In this document: one piece after another, positions 26,157 through 36,034 of the stretch
Layout: each line of letters starts with the position of its first letter
Position numbering within the stretch: position 1 is the first letter of the stretch
Assembly (NCBI GenBank): GCA_031409855.1
Contig: JANNYA010000066.1
Location: 595-64,594, forward strand
Origin: Rhodanobacteraceae bacterium
Lineage (GTDB): Bacteria > Pseudomonadota > Gammaproteobacteria > Xanthomonadales > SZUA-5
Length of the DNA: 64,000 nt
Direction: 5' to 3'
Notes under the pieces: generated by a model
The model's database searches: none
Told to the model about the DNA's origin: nothing
Seen by the model: only the letters and a program-made list of their open reading frames with translations
Made by a program: the position numbers and the translations under genes

Positions 26157-27683
26157 ATGATCTATCAACCTAGTTCAGAGCACCATTCCAGGCCGCATCG
26201 GCGCCAAGCCGTGCGCCGCGCACACACCGATTTCAACCAAGAACGCCACTGGCAGGAGCGCCCGACCCACGCGCCAGTGCTTAAGCGCTTGAGCCGAGCG
26301 ATCAGCCACGGTTTTGATCGCGCAGTTTCTGGTGCCCAGTCTTTTGCTAGACATATGGTGCTAATTCCGCGCTCACTGGTGCTGGGTAGCTTCGCCGTCG
26401 CTGCTGCCGCAGTCGTTTTGCCGCTCTCAGCGAGTATTTTAGTTAATCCAGAAGTTCGTACCGTTAAGCTCAGCTTGGCGTTACCACCCATTTCGGAAAC
26501 GTTGTCACGCGAAGCCGCCACTTCGGTGCCGAATTTAGCCTCAGATTTATATGTCGCTGGCGTCAATGACGATCAGTGGCGGGTGGAAACCGTGCGGCGC
26601 AATGAAACCGTTGGCGATATGTTTGGCCGCCTAAACCTTGGCCAAGGCGATGTGCACCGGATCGTTAATTTCAGCGAGCAAACACAGGAATTGGCACGTG
26701 TATTCCCGGGTGAGCAAATCGCGTTTCGTATGGGCGAGGGCATACTTACCGGCCTGCAATTTGATGGCGACGAGGCACATCGCGTGCTGTTGACGCTTGA
26801 CGGCGATAAAATCACGCAACGTTTGATTGAACGCCAAATGGAGCGCCGCGTGAGTTACGCCAGCGCCACCATCGAGCACTCGCTGTTTGGTTCGGCAATG
26901 AACGCGGATATGAGCGACGCTTTGATCGTGCGTCTGGCGGGTATTTTTAACTACGACATTGATTTCGCGCAAGATTTACAGCCCGGCGATAGCTTCGCGC
27001 TGGTCTATGAGCAAATTTACCGCGATGGTGAAAAACTACGTGACGGTGAAATTATCGCCGCAACTTTCACCAATCAGGGCAAGCGCTACGAGGTTTATCG
27101 CTTTGTCGACGACGCGGGCCGCCCGGATTATTTAAGTGCCGATGGCCGTAGCCGTAAAAAGGCATTTATTCGGACTCCGGTTGAGTTCACGCGCATTACC
27201 TCAAAATTTTCGCCGAATCGCAAACACCCGATTTTGGGACGCATGATGCGCCATATGGGTGTCGACTACGCCGCACCCACCGGCACGCCGATTATGGCGA
27301 CCGGCAATGCGGTAGTGAAATTCATCGGAGTGCAAAACGGTTACGGTAATGTCGTGATTTTGCAGCACAAAGGCGGCATCGAAACTTTGTATGGACACCA
27401 ATCCCGCTTCGCCAAAGGCTTAAGCCGTGGTGATCGCGTTACGCAAAACGAAGTGATTGGTTACGTCGGTATGACCGGCCTGGCCACTGGCCCACACTTG
27501 CACTACGAATTCCGCATCAGCGGCGCACACAAAGATCCGCTCAGTGTCGATTTACCGGTGTCCGACCCGCTTAGCGGCAGTGAAATGGCGCGCTTTAAGT
27601 CCAGCACCGCGCCGCTATTGGCGCAATTGAGTCAGTTGCAGCAAGCGCTGGCGCTGAATCGCGACGCGTCCGCTACACGCTAA
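26157..27683 (+). CDS. M23 family metallopeptidase (MepM/YebA-like murein endopeptidase)
   Basis: It has an N-terminal TM anchor and the M23 motifs HMGVDYAAPTGTPI and GMTGLATGPHLHYEF. Confidence 0.85.
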   Translation: MIYQPSSEHHSRPHRRQAVRRAHTDFNQERHWQERPTHAPVLKRLSRAISHGFDRAVSGAQSFARHMVLIPRSLVLGSFAVAAAAVVLPLSASILVNPEVRTVKLSLALPPISETLSREAATSVPNLASDLYVAGVNDDQWRVETVRRNETVGDMFGRLNLGQGDVHRIVNFSEQTQELARVFPGEQIAFRMGEGILTGLQFDGDEAHRVLLTLDGDKITQRLIERQMERRVSYASATIEHSLFGSAMNADMSDALIVRLAGIFNYDIDFAQDLQPGDSFALVYEQIYRDGEKLRDGEIIAATFTNQGKRYEVYRFVDDAGRPDYLSADGRSRKKAFIRTPVEFTRITSKFSPNRKHPILGRMMRHMGVDYAAPTGTPIMATGNAVVKFIGVQNGYGNVVILQHKGGIETLYGHQSRFAKGLSRGDRVTQNEVIGYVGMTGLATGPHLHYEFRISGAHKDPLSVDLPVSDPLSGSEMARFKSSTAPLLAQLSQLQQALALNRDASATR

Positions 27684-27693
27684 TTTGGGGCGA

Positions 27694-28779
27694 ATGAGTC
27701 AGATCCGAAAGTACTACCTCGGCCTGATTTCTGGCACCAGCTGCGACGGCATTGACGCCGCGTTGCTAAGTTTTGAGCCGCTGCAGGTGCATTTTGCAAA
27801 AACCTATGGCTTTCCCAGAGAATGGCGTGAATTGGCTTTAGCGCTCGGGCAGGGCCAGGAATTAGTCAACTTAGACGATCTGGGTCAGCTTGACGTTGCC
27901 CTCGGCAAGGCTTTTAGCGACGCCGCATTGCAGCTTTTAATTGAAGCGGGCATTTCCCCCAATCAAATTACCGCGATTGGCAGCCACGGACAAACCGTGC
28001 GGCACCGGCCGAATTTGGCGCACCCATTCACGTTGCAATTGGGGTGTCCACATGTGATCGCCGAACGCACCGGCATTAAAGTAGTTGCAGATTTTCGTCG
28101 GCGCGATGTCGCCGCTGGCGGCCAAGGCGCGCCGCTGGTGCCGGCGTTTCACGCAGCGGTGTTCCCGCCGGGCAGCGTCGTGTTAAATCTGGGCGGCATT
28201 GCCAACGTTACGATTCTGGGGCCCGCAGTGCTCGGCTTCGATACTGGCCCCGCAAACTGCCTACTGGATGCGCATGCGCTGGCCGAATTCGGTTTATCCC
28301 ATGATGCCGGTGGCGCAATTGCCGCACGCGGCAAGGTCAACACCGCGCTGCTATCACGCCTGGCAGCCGATCCGTATTTTGCGACCCCGGCACCAAAAAG
28401 TACCGGTCGTGAAACCTTTAATCTTGCCTGGGTGCGCGCACGCGCTGGTGCGACCGATCAAGATATCAGCGCAGAGGATTTGCAAGCGACCTTGTTAGAG
28501 CTAACCGCAATTACGATTCGCGATGCCTTAAAACCCTTTGCAGCGGGCGAAATTTTAGTGTGCGGTGGCGGCGTGCATTGCCCGCCGCTGCTAGCGCGTT
28601 TGGCCTATCACTGCGGCGTGCCAGTGCGCTCGACGACTGAGTTTGGTATCGATCCTGACTTCGTAGAAGCCGCCGCATTCGCTTGGCTAGCGCGCGAAAC
28701 GCTGGAAAATCGCCCTGGAAATCGCCCCGAAGTAACGGGTGCAAAGGGTTTGCGGGTGCTTGGCAGCGTTGTGGCTTAA
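27694..28779 (+). CDS. anmK: anhydro-N-acetylmuramic acid kinase
   Basis: YLGLISGTSCDGIDAAL is the AnmK N-terminal signature, and the length is about 360 aa. Confidence 0.9.
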   Translation: MSQIRKYYLGLISGTSCDGIDAALLSFEPLQVHFAKTYGFPREWRELALALGQGQELVNLDDLGQLDVALGKAFSDAALQLLIEAGISPNQITAIGSHGQTVRHRPNLAHPFTLQLGCPHVIAERTGIKVVADFRRRDVAAGGQGAPLVPAFHAAVFPPGSVVLNLGGIANVTILGPAVLGFDTGPANCLLDAHALAEFGLSHDAGGAIAARGKVNTALLSRLAADPYFATPAPKSTGRETFNLAWVRARAGATDQDISAEDLQATLLELTAITIRDALKPFAAGEILVCGGGVHCPPLLARLAYHCGVPVRSTTEFGIDPDFVEAAAFAWLARETLENRPGNRPEVTGAKGLRVLGSVVA

Positions 28780-29180
28780 GCCAAATCAGGCAAGGTGTAG
28801 TCAAACTTGTAGCTGTGTTTGCCCTCGGCAATAATGATTTCCATGCTGCCGACTAGGCCTTCGAGTGCGTCAGTGCCCGAGTCCGGCACCACAGTTAAGC
28901 TCAAACTCGCCGCGCCACGATTCATTGTGCCGCTGTGCTGCAACACAAAACTCCCCGCACGCCCAGAAAGAGTGCCCTGCACCAGCTCCATCGCAACATA
29001 GCCCGCCGAGCCCGCAATTTTACTGCGCATCGCCAGCATTTGGCCGACGCTGGTGGCGTCCAGCTCGCCGTGAAAACGCTTATCCAATAGCATGCGCCCG
29101 ATCACTTCCCCAGCCGCCGCTGTTTCAGCCGCTTGCGGGATGATTTTGACGTCGAATGCGCCTTCAATGGATGTGGACAT
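28776..29180 (-). CDS. DUF3224 domain protein
   Basis: FDVKIIPQ...LLDKRFHGELDATSVGQMLA...GSAGYVAMELVQGTLSGRAGSFVLQHSGTM...LTVVPDSGTDAL matches the family pattern as I remember it. Confidence 0.7.
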   Translation of the reverse strand: MSTSIEGAFDVKIIPQAAETAAAGEVIGRMLLDKRFHGELDATSVGQMLAMRSKIAGSAGYVAMELVQGTLSGRAGSFVLQHSGTMNRGAASLSLTVVPDSGTDALEGLVGSMEIIIAEGKHSYKFDYTLPDLA

Positions 29181-29305
29181 GCGTGTTTCCGAAGCGTGGA
29201 GTGCCGCGCATGATAGCCCAGTCCTACGTGGCGCAACTCAATTTAACAGTGGCCTAGGGCATCAATTTAGCCTGGCACCCAGCGATTTCACCCAAATATC
29301 ACTTT

Positions 29306-29340
29306 GGCACTTTAATTTCGATTTAACCCTCTGTTAACCT
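29306..29340 (+). promoter_or_regulatory. conserved upstream element GGCACT-N11-TTAACCCTCTGTTAACCT (copy 1)
   Basis: It shares sequence and geometry with 37158-37192. In both copies TTAAC is repeated with an 11-bp period, 93 nt separate the motif from the receptor ATG, and GGAGA lies 9 nt before the ATG. Confidence 0.45.
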
Positions 29341-29433
29341 CCGCCGGTTCGCTTTTCGCGTGACAACTCAACCCAGGTTGGCAGTGCTTGCTTGGAAACT
29401 GACTCTCTCTTAAGTTTTCGGAGAATTATTAAT

Positions 29434-32313
29434 ATGATGAATCAAACTCAATTAGTGCGTTCCGTTCGCACCGCTCTACTCGCAGGATTGGCCGTTTCCT
29501 TCACCGCACCTGTTTTTGCCGCCGAAGGCGACGAGCAGACGATGAAAGAAGTGGAAGTGCTCGGCTCGCGCATTAAGCGCGCTGATACTGAAACCGCTAG
29601 CCCAGTATTAATGATTGATGCCGCCGCCATTGAACGCGCGGGTGTTGCGACGCTCGGCGACATTATTCAAGAACTTCCAGCCATTGCCGGTGCGGCGACG
29701 AATCCATCGGTTAATAATGGTGGCGGTGACGGCGCTGCTAAAATCTCGCTGCGTGGCTTGGGTGACGAACGAACGTTGTTGTTAGTGAATGGCCGTCGCT
29801 TGAACTACAACGACGTCAACTCAATTCCAGCGAGTTTGGTTGCGTCTATTGAAATCCTTAAAGATGGCGCTTCGGCAATTTACGGCACCGACGCAATCGG
29901 TGGCGTGGTCAACTTCATTCTGAAGAATGACTACGAGGGCGCTCAAGTAAATCTAGACTACGGTGTATCCGCCGAAGATGACGGCGAACGCATGGGCGGT
30001 TCAGCTGCGTTCGGCGTCGCTGGCGAACGTGGTAATTTCATGGTCAATTTGAATTACAGCGACCAAGAAGAAGTTTCTGCCGCTGATCGTGATTATTCGC
30101 GTAATGCGTTATCACTGTATAGCGGTACCGTTACTGTCGGTGGCTCAAGCCGCACTACGACAGGGCGTTACACAGTGCCGCGTTCCGTGGCTCCAGCTGC
30201 CTGCCCAGGCACCAGTGCGAATATCGCCCTGACACGTATAGATGGGCGCCCTGGAACTGCGATTTCGGATTTCCGATGCTTCGCTGCGCCTGGTGATTTA
30301 TTCAATTACCAAGCCGTCGGAAACCTGCAGTTGACTCCACAGGAACGTGCAGGACTATTCTTTGCTGGTAATTTTAACTTCACTGATACCGTTACTGGCT
30401 ACATGGAAGCTTGGACACAAAGCACAAGTTCAGCACAACAAATCGCGCCGTTGCCATTCGATGGCCGTCTGGGCCAAGATGACATCGTGCTACCCGCTAA
30501 CAGTGCTTTCAACCCGTTTGGCGTTGATATTAGGGACAGCCGTTTGCGCTTAAGCCGCATTGGTAATCGCCGTTCCGAGTTTGATACAGATTCCAAACAA
30601 ATTAACGTCGGTGTTAAGGGTGCATTTGGCGATACCTCCTGGGATTGGGATGTCGGCGGCACCTATGGCAAATTGACGCAAGATTTGACCCAGACGGGCT
30701 ATCTATTAACTTCCGCCCTGGGTGCAGCTCTTGGACCCTCGTTCTTCGCAGGCCCGAATCGTACTTTGCCGACTTGCGGTACCCGTGCGGCACCGATCGC
30801 CGGTTGTATTCCCGTCGATTTTTTTGGCGCACCACCTGACGCAACGACCGCTGCCGGTCAAGCGCAGTTAGCGGCGTTAGGATCCATTGCTACGAATACG
30901 GTCAATTCCACAGTTCAAACGTTGAAAACTCTTAACGGGCTGGTTCGGGGCGACGTTTTCGAAACCTCAGCGGGCACCGCCGGTGTTGCTATCGGCGTCG
31001 AGTGGCGTAAAGATTATTACAATTTCGAGCCTGACTTTTTAGCGCGCTTGAACCCTAGCTTTACCTGCTTAATTTCTTCTGAAGCATGCACCACACCTAC
31101 CGTTGGTGAGACTTCCGTGAAGGAAGTCTACGCTGAAATATACGTGCCGCTCTTGGCTGATGCGCCGTTCGCACAAAAACTAAACCTCACGGGTGGCGTT
31201 CGCTTCTCCGACTATGACACTTTCGGCAACACAACCAATGGCAAAATTGGTGTGGAATGGAAACCGTTTGAAGATTTATTAGTGCGAGCAACGTACGCAC
31301 AAGTGTTTCGGGCGCCGACCATCACCGATTTGTTTGGTGGGCAAACTGCAGCTTCGGACAGTTTCACCGACCCGTGCAATCGTTACGGCAGCGCATCAAA
31401 TCCACGTTCTGCTCTGAAAGATGTCGCATGCCGAAACGTCCCAACAAACGGCTCGTTTAATCAAACCGATACCCAGTTGTCGGCCATTGCTAGTGGCAAT
31501 CCAAATGTACAGCCAGAAGATGGCACCACGCTCACCTATGGTTTCGTTTACAGCCCAACTTACTTGGACGGCGCGTCGGCCACCTTAGATTTTTGGCGTT
31601 ATTCGTTGGAAAAAACCATTGGCGCCTTTGGAACTCAGCCCATTCTTAATGGTTGCTTCACATCCGGTGTGTTTTGTGATCGCTATTCACGCGGTACCGA
31701 TGGCGAAATTTTGCGCTTGTTCAACATCGCCGACAACGTTGGCACCACGGATACCAACGGCGTCGATATTGGCTTGCGCTATAACTTTGATACGGAATCT
31801 GCCGGAGCCTTTCGCTTCAACTTAGACTCCACCTATGTCGATAAATATGACACTGGTATCATTTTAGCGGGTTCGTCCACGCCGATTTTTGTGCGTCAAA
31901 ATGCCGGTACGTTCTTGAGCCCAGCACAAGGTGGCGATGGTAACTATAGCCGTTGGCGCGGTTTGGGCAATGCGGTTTGGACGCTGGGTGACTTAGATGT
32001 TTCCTGGACTTCACGCTACATCCACCGTTTCGTCGTCGGCAGCAATAATCCAAACGTCAACTCAACCTGTGCCGATGCCGGTGGCCGCGCCTTTCAATGC
32101 CGTATCGAGCGGGGTGCCCAGACCTATCACAATCTGTCGGTGGGTTACAAAGTGGAACCTATCAATACCAAGTTCCGTTTCGGTGTCGACAACGCGTTCG
32201 ACAAACAACCGCCTATCGTGTTCCAAAACAACTCACTCAACGGCAACACCGATGAGCGCACGTTTGACACGGTCGGCCGTTACTTCTGGATCACTTCAAG
32301 CACAACGTTCTAA
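29434..32313 (+). CDS. TonB-dependent receptor, paralog 1
   Basis: The signal peptide is LVRSVRTALLAGLAVSFTAPVFA. The plug shows ASPVLMID, SLRGLG, LLLVNGRR and IEILKDGASAIYG. It has a ~900-aa barrel ending in F. The start is at MMNQ, because the TTG at 29392 lacks an RBS. Confidence 0.9.
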   Translation: MMNQTQLVRSVRTALLAGLAVSFTAPVFAAEGDEQTMKEVEVLGSRIKRADTETASPVLMIDAAAIERAGVATLGDIIQELPAIAGAATNPSVNNGGGDGAAKISLRGLGDERTLLLVNGRRLNYNDVNSIPASLVASIEILKDGASAIYGTDAIGGVVNFILKNDYEGAQVNLDYGVSAEDDGERMGGSAAFGVAGERGNFMVNLNYSDQEEVSAADRDYSRNALSLYSGTVTVGGSSRTTTGRYTVPRSVAPAACPGTSANIALTRIDGRPGTAISDFRCFAAPGDLFNYQAVGNLQLTPQERAGLFFAGNFNFTDTVTGYMEAWTQSTSSAQQIAPLPFDGRLGQDDIVLPANSAFNPFGVDIRDSRLRLSRIGNRRSEFDTDSKQINVGVKGAFGDTSWDWDVGGTYGKLTQDLTQTGYLLTSALGAALGPSFFAGPNRTLPTCGTRAAPIAGCIPVDFFGAPPDATTAAGQAQLAALGSIATNTVNSTVQTLKTLNGLVRGDVFETSAGTAGVAIGVEWRKDYYNFEPDFLARLNPSFTCLISSEACTTPTVGETSVKEVYAEIYVPLLADAPFAQKLNLTGGVRFSDYDTFGNTTNGKIGVEWKPFEDLLVRATYAQVFRAPTITDLFGGQTAASDSFTDPCNRYGSASNPRSALKDVACRNVPTNGSFNQTDTQLSAIASGNPNVQPEDGTTLTYGFVYSPTYLDGASATLDFWRYSLEKTIGAFGTQPILNGCFTSGVFCDRYSRGTDGEILRLFNIADNVGTTDTNGVDIGLRYNFDTESAGAFRFNLDSTYVDKYDTGIILAGSSTPIFVRQNAGTFLSPAQGGDGNYSRWRGLGNAVWTLGDLDVSWTSRYIHRFVVGSNNPNVNSTCADAGGRAFQCRIERGAQTYHNLSVGYKVEPINTKFRFGVDNAFDKQPPIVFQNNSLNGNTDERTFDTVGRYFWITSSTTF

Positions 32314-32335
32314 ACACTGGATGTTTGTTTGAATA

Positions 32336-32370
32336 TCGAAAACCGTGCGATGCAAGTCGCACGGTTTTTT
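32336..32370. terminator. bidirectional rho-independent terminator between convergent genes
   Basis: A perfect 10-bp stem AACCGTGCGA/TCGCACGGTT with a 6-nt loop is flanked by an A-run upstream and TTTTTT downstream. Confidence 0.7.
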
Positions 32371-34237
32371 AATTCCTGTATGAAAAATACGCCATCCAAG
32401 GATCTAATAACTTGTTCGCTCCGCTTGCTTCAAACTCCGGCAAATACCGCTGAAAGCGATTTAGGGCGCGGGTATTGACCGCTTCGGTCACGGCGGCATA
32501 GCTGGGTGTTGAGATCGCGCGCGTTTTTGCCCTTTCGGTAAAATTAAGCAGCTCTGGCAGCCAAGGCAAGCCTAGAAATTCAACCAGTGCAGCTGCGGTT
32601 TCAGCGGTATTTTCGACAAATGACTCGTATTTAAGCTCGAAAATAGCCAGCGTTAATTTCTGGCGAGCATCGGCGTAAAAACTAAACACCCGGTCGTACA
32701 TGCTTGAAGTTGCTGCCAGGGTGCGCATCGTTACTGCAAACGCGGGCGCGCGAAAATGTTGCATATAGCAACTCAGCACACAATCGGCAGGTTGGCGAAT
32801 CACAACAATCACTTTTGCGCGCGGGAACAAGGCTTGAATCAGCGGTAGCCGGGCCAAATTCAGCGGGTTTTTGTCGACGTAGCGCGCGCCTGAGCTTAAG
32901 TTTGGGCTGACCTTGTTGCACAAGGAAAAATAATGTGCACGCAAATCACCAAGCTGCTCAACACTTAGCCGGTCAAGTTCAGCCGGGTAGCGCAAACCCA
33001 TATCTTGCATGCGCAGAATGCATTTTTGCAAAAATGCTTGCTCATCAAAGGACTGTAGTGCCGGGTGCGCGTCCAGTAATTGCTCCAGCAGCGTCGTGCC
33101 CGAGCGTGGAAAGCCGACCACGAATACCGGATCGGGCCGATCATCCATTGCGGGCTGCACGGCGAACTTAGGAAATCCTTGATTTAACAGCACCAATGGA
33201 TCTTCCTCAAACGCCATTTTTGGGTGCGCAGCTGCTACCTGCGCAAAACGCGCTTCATGCGCTTCGTTCAGCAATGCGAACACAGCCTGCGGCTTGTTCA
33301 GAGCATCCAGCGCTTTCGCCAATTCAAACTGCAGTGCAATGCGTAAATTCGGCTCCAACTTAGTGCCCAGCAAGGGCTCAAGCATGGCTGCTACCTGATC
33401 GAAGCGTTTTTCCCGCGCTGCCAAGCGGGCGTCAAACTGCATCAGTGTTTGCCCGGCTTTGCTTTTCATACGGGTTGCGATGGCTGCATCCGGCGCAAAT
33501 TCCGCGCCCAAGGCAGTCAGCTTGGCACGCGTATCACGCATCTTCACCAGTTGGTTCGAGCGCTCGTAACTCAGTCCTAAGCTAATTAGGGCAAAGGGAT
33601 ATTCAGCTGCCTTTGGCGAAACCTTAAGCGATGCCGCTTCTGCCCCGGCATAGTCGCTCAGTTGCAAAACTAAAAAGGCGTATTCGACCGCTAAATCGGC
33701 CGGCATCGGTGCCGCTTGCAATCGCTGTGCGTTGTCTTTGGCCAAGTCAATTTCATCGAGGGCAATTAGGCATTTCAAATAAAACAGTGCGACTTCCAAG
33801 TCCTGATCGAGCCCGTTTTTAAGCGCCTGCACCACTTCAGCTTTCGCAAGCAGCACTTCCCCTAACTCAAACGCCGCGCGCGCAAGGCCAAAATGCACGC
33901 TGCCGTCCGAAAAGCCAAGCTGTTGCGCCCTTCGTAAGGCCGCGAATGCGGCTTGTGGGTTTGCCAATTCCAATAGTGCGTTGCCCAAATTCGCATGGTG
34001 TTCGGGCACCTGGGATTCGAGCAAAATTAGCGCGCGGTACACTTGTGCCGCCGCTTCTGCCTCGCGCAGCGCCGAGTGCGCTAAGCCTTTCGCGGTTAGC
34101 CACGCGCTGTCGCCTGGCGTTGATGCTAAAGCGCGATCAGCCCAGGCCAAAGTCTGCTGCGGTTTGCCGTTTGCCAGCGCATCAAATGCGCTCTGCAGTG
34201 ACGGGTTTGGCGGTGGCACAGCATTCGGGATAGTCAT
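32369..34237 (-). CDS. TPR-repeat protein with C-terminal PAPS-dependent sulfotransferase domain (copy 1)
   Basis: About 350 aa of TPR-like helical repeats are followed by the 5'-PSB motif VGFPRSGTTLLEQLL and the 3'-PB-like IRQPADCVLS. There is no signal peptide. Confidence 0.85.
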   Translation of the reverse strand: MTIPNAVPPPNPSLQSAFDALANGKPQQTLAWADRALASTPGDSAWLTAKGLAHSALREAEAAAQVYRALILLESQVPEHHANLGNALLELANPQAAFAALRRAQQLGFSDGSVHFGLARAAFELGEVLLAKAEVVQALKNGLDQDLEVALFYLKCLIALDEIDLAKDNAQRLQAAPMPADLAVEYAFLVLQLSDYAGAEAASLKVSPKAAEYPFALISLGLSYERSNQLVKMRDTRAKLTALGAEFAPDAAIATRMKSKAGQTLMQFDARLAAREKRFDQVAAMLEPLLGTKLEPNLRIALQFELAKALDALNKPQAVFALLNEAHEARFAQVAAAHPKMAFEEDPLVLLNQGFPKFAVQPAMDDRPDPVFVVGFPRSGTTLLEQLLDAHPALQSFDEQAFLQKCILRMQDMGLRYPAELDRLSVEQLGDLRAHYFSLCNKVSPNLSSGARYVDKNPLNLARLPLIQALFPRAKVIVVIRQPADCVLSCYMQHFRAPAFAVTMRTLAATSSMYDRVFSFYADARQKLTLAIFELKYESFVENTAETAAALVEFLGLPWLPELLNFTERAKTRAISTPSYAAVTEAVNTRALNRFQRYLPEFEASGANKLLDPWMAYFSYRN

Positions 34238-34289
34238 TTCAGATCAACTCAGGCAATGTTGCACGATTAAACCACCGATCTGTCGAAAT

Positions 34290-34919
34290 ATGCCCGCCCC
34301 GATTAGTCAACCACCCAATGAGCCTGCTGCCATTGTGACCGCAGCGCTGTCGCTTAGCAGCTACGTACAGGTATTTGACAACGCTTTGCCCGCAACCTTT
34401 TGCCAGCAAATGCTGCAGTCTTTTAATTCGCTCGCGCGCTTTCATAAGCCAAACGGCCGTGGTGTGCGCGCCGGGCACGACGCTAGCGCATGGACTGAAC
34501 TTGATATCTCGCCGCTGACTGATGTGAGTTTTCGGCAAATTGTACTTGCCAATATGCACAAGCACTTAGCGCTCTATAACGCCGCCATTGCACAATCCGC
34601 GCCGGTGCCAACGCTGCCCATTCCGGGTACCGACAAAATCAGTGAACTGATTGTCAAACGCTATCGCCCCGATGCCGATGAAGCGTTTCAGCTGCATTTT
34701 GACGCGCTTGGCCCAGTGGCAAACCGCTACATGGTGTTTCTTTGGTATCTAAATGATGTGGCGGAGGGAGGCGAAACTGAGTTTCCAGCGCTTAATGTTT
34801 CCGTCGAACCCAAGGCCGGCCGCCTGGTGATGTTTCCGCCGTATTGGATGTATCAGCATCAGGGGAAAGCGCCACGCAGCGGTGACAAATACATTTTTTC
34901 CAGTTATTTTTTGTTTTGA
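34290..34919 (+). CDS. small 2OG-Fe(II) oxygenase (P4H-like fold, copy 1)
   Basis: The facial-triad context is QLHFDA (HxD) ... YQHQG (distal His), plus WYLNDVAEGGETEFP. It is about 70% identical by eye over the core to the 40286-40846 protein. The ORF-track start at 33981 is rejected. Confidence 0.8.
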   Translation: MPAPISQPPNEPAAIVTAALSLSSYVQVFDNALPATFCQQMLQSFNSLARFHKPNGRGVRAGHDASAWTELDISPLTDVSFRQIVLANMHKHLALYNAAIAQSAPVPTLPIPGTDKISELIVKRYRPDADEAFQLHFDALGPVANRYMVFLWYLNDVAEGGETEFPALNVSVEPKAGRLVMFPPYWMYQHQGKAPRSGDKYIFSSYFLF

Positions 34920-36034
34920 CCATGTTGATTTTCGCCAGCGATACCGTGATTCGGGCCCAAAGCGGTCAGATGTTGATTCACACTACGACAGGCACCTGGC
35001 CGCCATTTGTCGCGCAATCGCCGCAGTTAATAGGCTGGCTGGCGCAATTTATGCGCGCCACCGACGCGACGGCGGCTCTGGGCGCGCTCGATTTTGTCAA
35101 TGCGCAGCAGGCCAAGGGTGTAATTGAGCATTTGCAAAAAAATGGCGCATTAGTTGACGCGCAGTCGACAGCAGCCCAGCTGCCGGAGCCTAGCGCCGCC
35201 CACGCACAAAGCGGCAAACATTTGAATGGTCTGGCACGGCAAATTTATGATCTGAGCGCGGACGTGCAGGGCTTGGGCGAATTTGCGGAACGCCAATTAC
35301 GTCAAAATGGTGGCGCTGGTTTGGAACGGCGATTGCTTAGCCTAGGCGCAAGCATTGACGGTTTACGGCGGGAATTAAGTGCGCTGCGCGAGCCGCATTT
35401 GGCCGCCCAATTCGATGCGCTAAAGCTTAAGCCGGACGCGAACAACCTGAAATTGCACCTAGGCTGCGGCCCCGTGCACTTGGGGGGTTTCATCAATATC
35501 GACATTGCACCTGCGCCCTTGGCGATGAATGTGCTCTGGGGTTTGCCATTTGACGATGGCACCGTTCAAATCGTGTATCTGTCGCATTTATTGGAACATC
35601 TCTTTTATCCCACCGACGTCATGGCCCTGTTTGGCGAAATTTACCGGGTGTTGGCACCCGGCGGCGTTGTACGCGTCGTCGTACCCGATATCGCCAAGTG
35701 CTTAGCCGCGTATGCGCGTGGGGATCAAGCATTTTTTGCGGCGCGGCGTGAAAACTTCAGTTGGTGGCCATCTGATGCCAGTCTGCTAGAAAACTTTCTG
35801 ACTTATGCCGGTGTCGGCCCAGAACCTAGGTATTTATTTGAGTCGCATAAATACGGCTATGATTTTGAAACTTTGGCTAAAGCGCTGGCTAAAGCGGACT
35901 TCGCCGAAATCACCCACTCTGAGTTTCAGAGTAGCCGCGAGCCAGCACTGCGTATAGAACATTTGAGCGCAGCCGCGCGTTGGCGCGCAGGGGACGAGTA
36001 TTTATCCCTATTTGTGGAAGCAATTCGGCCATGA
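34916..36034 (+). CDS. two-domain protein: unknown N-terminal domain (~170 aa) + class I SAM-dependent methyltransferase
   Basis: The SAM-binding motif is LKLHLGCGPVHLGGFINIDI and the post-II region is VLAPGGVVRVVVPD. Its start overlaps the oxygenase stop. Confidence 0.75.
   Translation: MTMLIFASDTVIRAQSGQMLIHTTTGTWPPFVAQSPQLIGWLAQFMRATDATAALGALDFVNAQQAKGVIEHLQKNGALVDAQSTAAQLPEPSAAHAQSGKHLNGLARQIYDLSADVQGLGEFAERQLRQNGGAGLERRLLSLGASIDGLRRELSALREPHLAAQFDALKLKPDANNLKLHLGCGPVHLGGFINIDIAPAPLAMNVLWGLPFDDGTVQIVYLSHLLEHLFYPTDVMALFGEIYRVLAPGGVVRVVVPDIAKCLAAYARGDQAFFAARRENFSWWPSDASLLENFLTYAGVGPEPRYLFESHKYGYDFETLAKALAKADFAEITHSEFQSSREPALRIEHLSAAARWRAGDEYLSLFVEAIRP

Noticed and set aside
28776-28779. 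Four-nt overlap of convergent anmK and DUF3224 stops within the palindrome CTTAAG
   Set aside because: This is a trivial consequence of TAA/TTA complementarity. It has no evident regulatory meaning.
29306-29322. Reading GGCAC in the conserved receptor upstream element as a sigma-54 -24 box
   Set aside because: At the required spacing the -12 position reads TTTCG in copy 1 and GTGTG in copy 2. There is no conserved GC, so a sigma-54 promoter is unlikely. No convincing sigma-70 or ECF -35/-10 pair is found either.
33981-34289. Long N-terminal extension of 2OG oxygenase copy 1
   Set aside because: The extension is antisense to the start of the divergent sulfotransferase gene and is Ala/Ser/Cys-rich junk. 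The paralog at 40286 aligns from the ATG at 34290.
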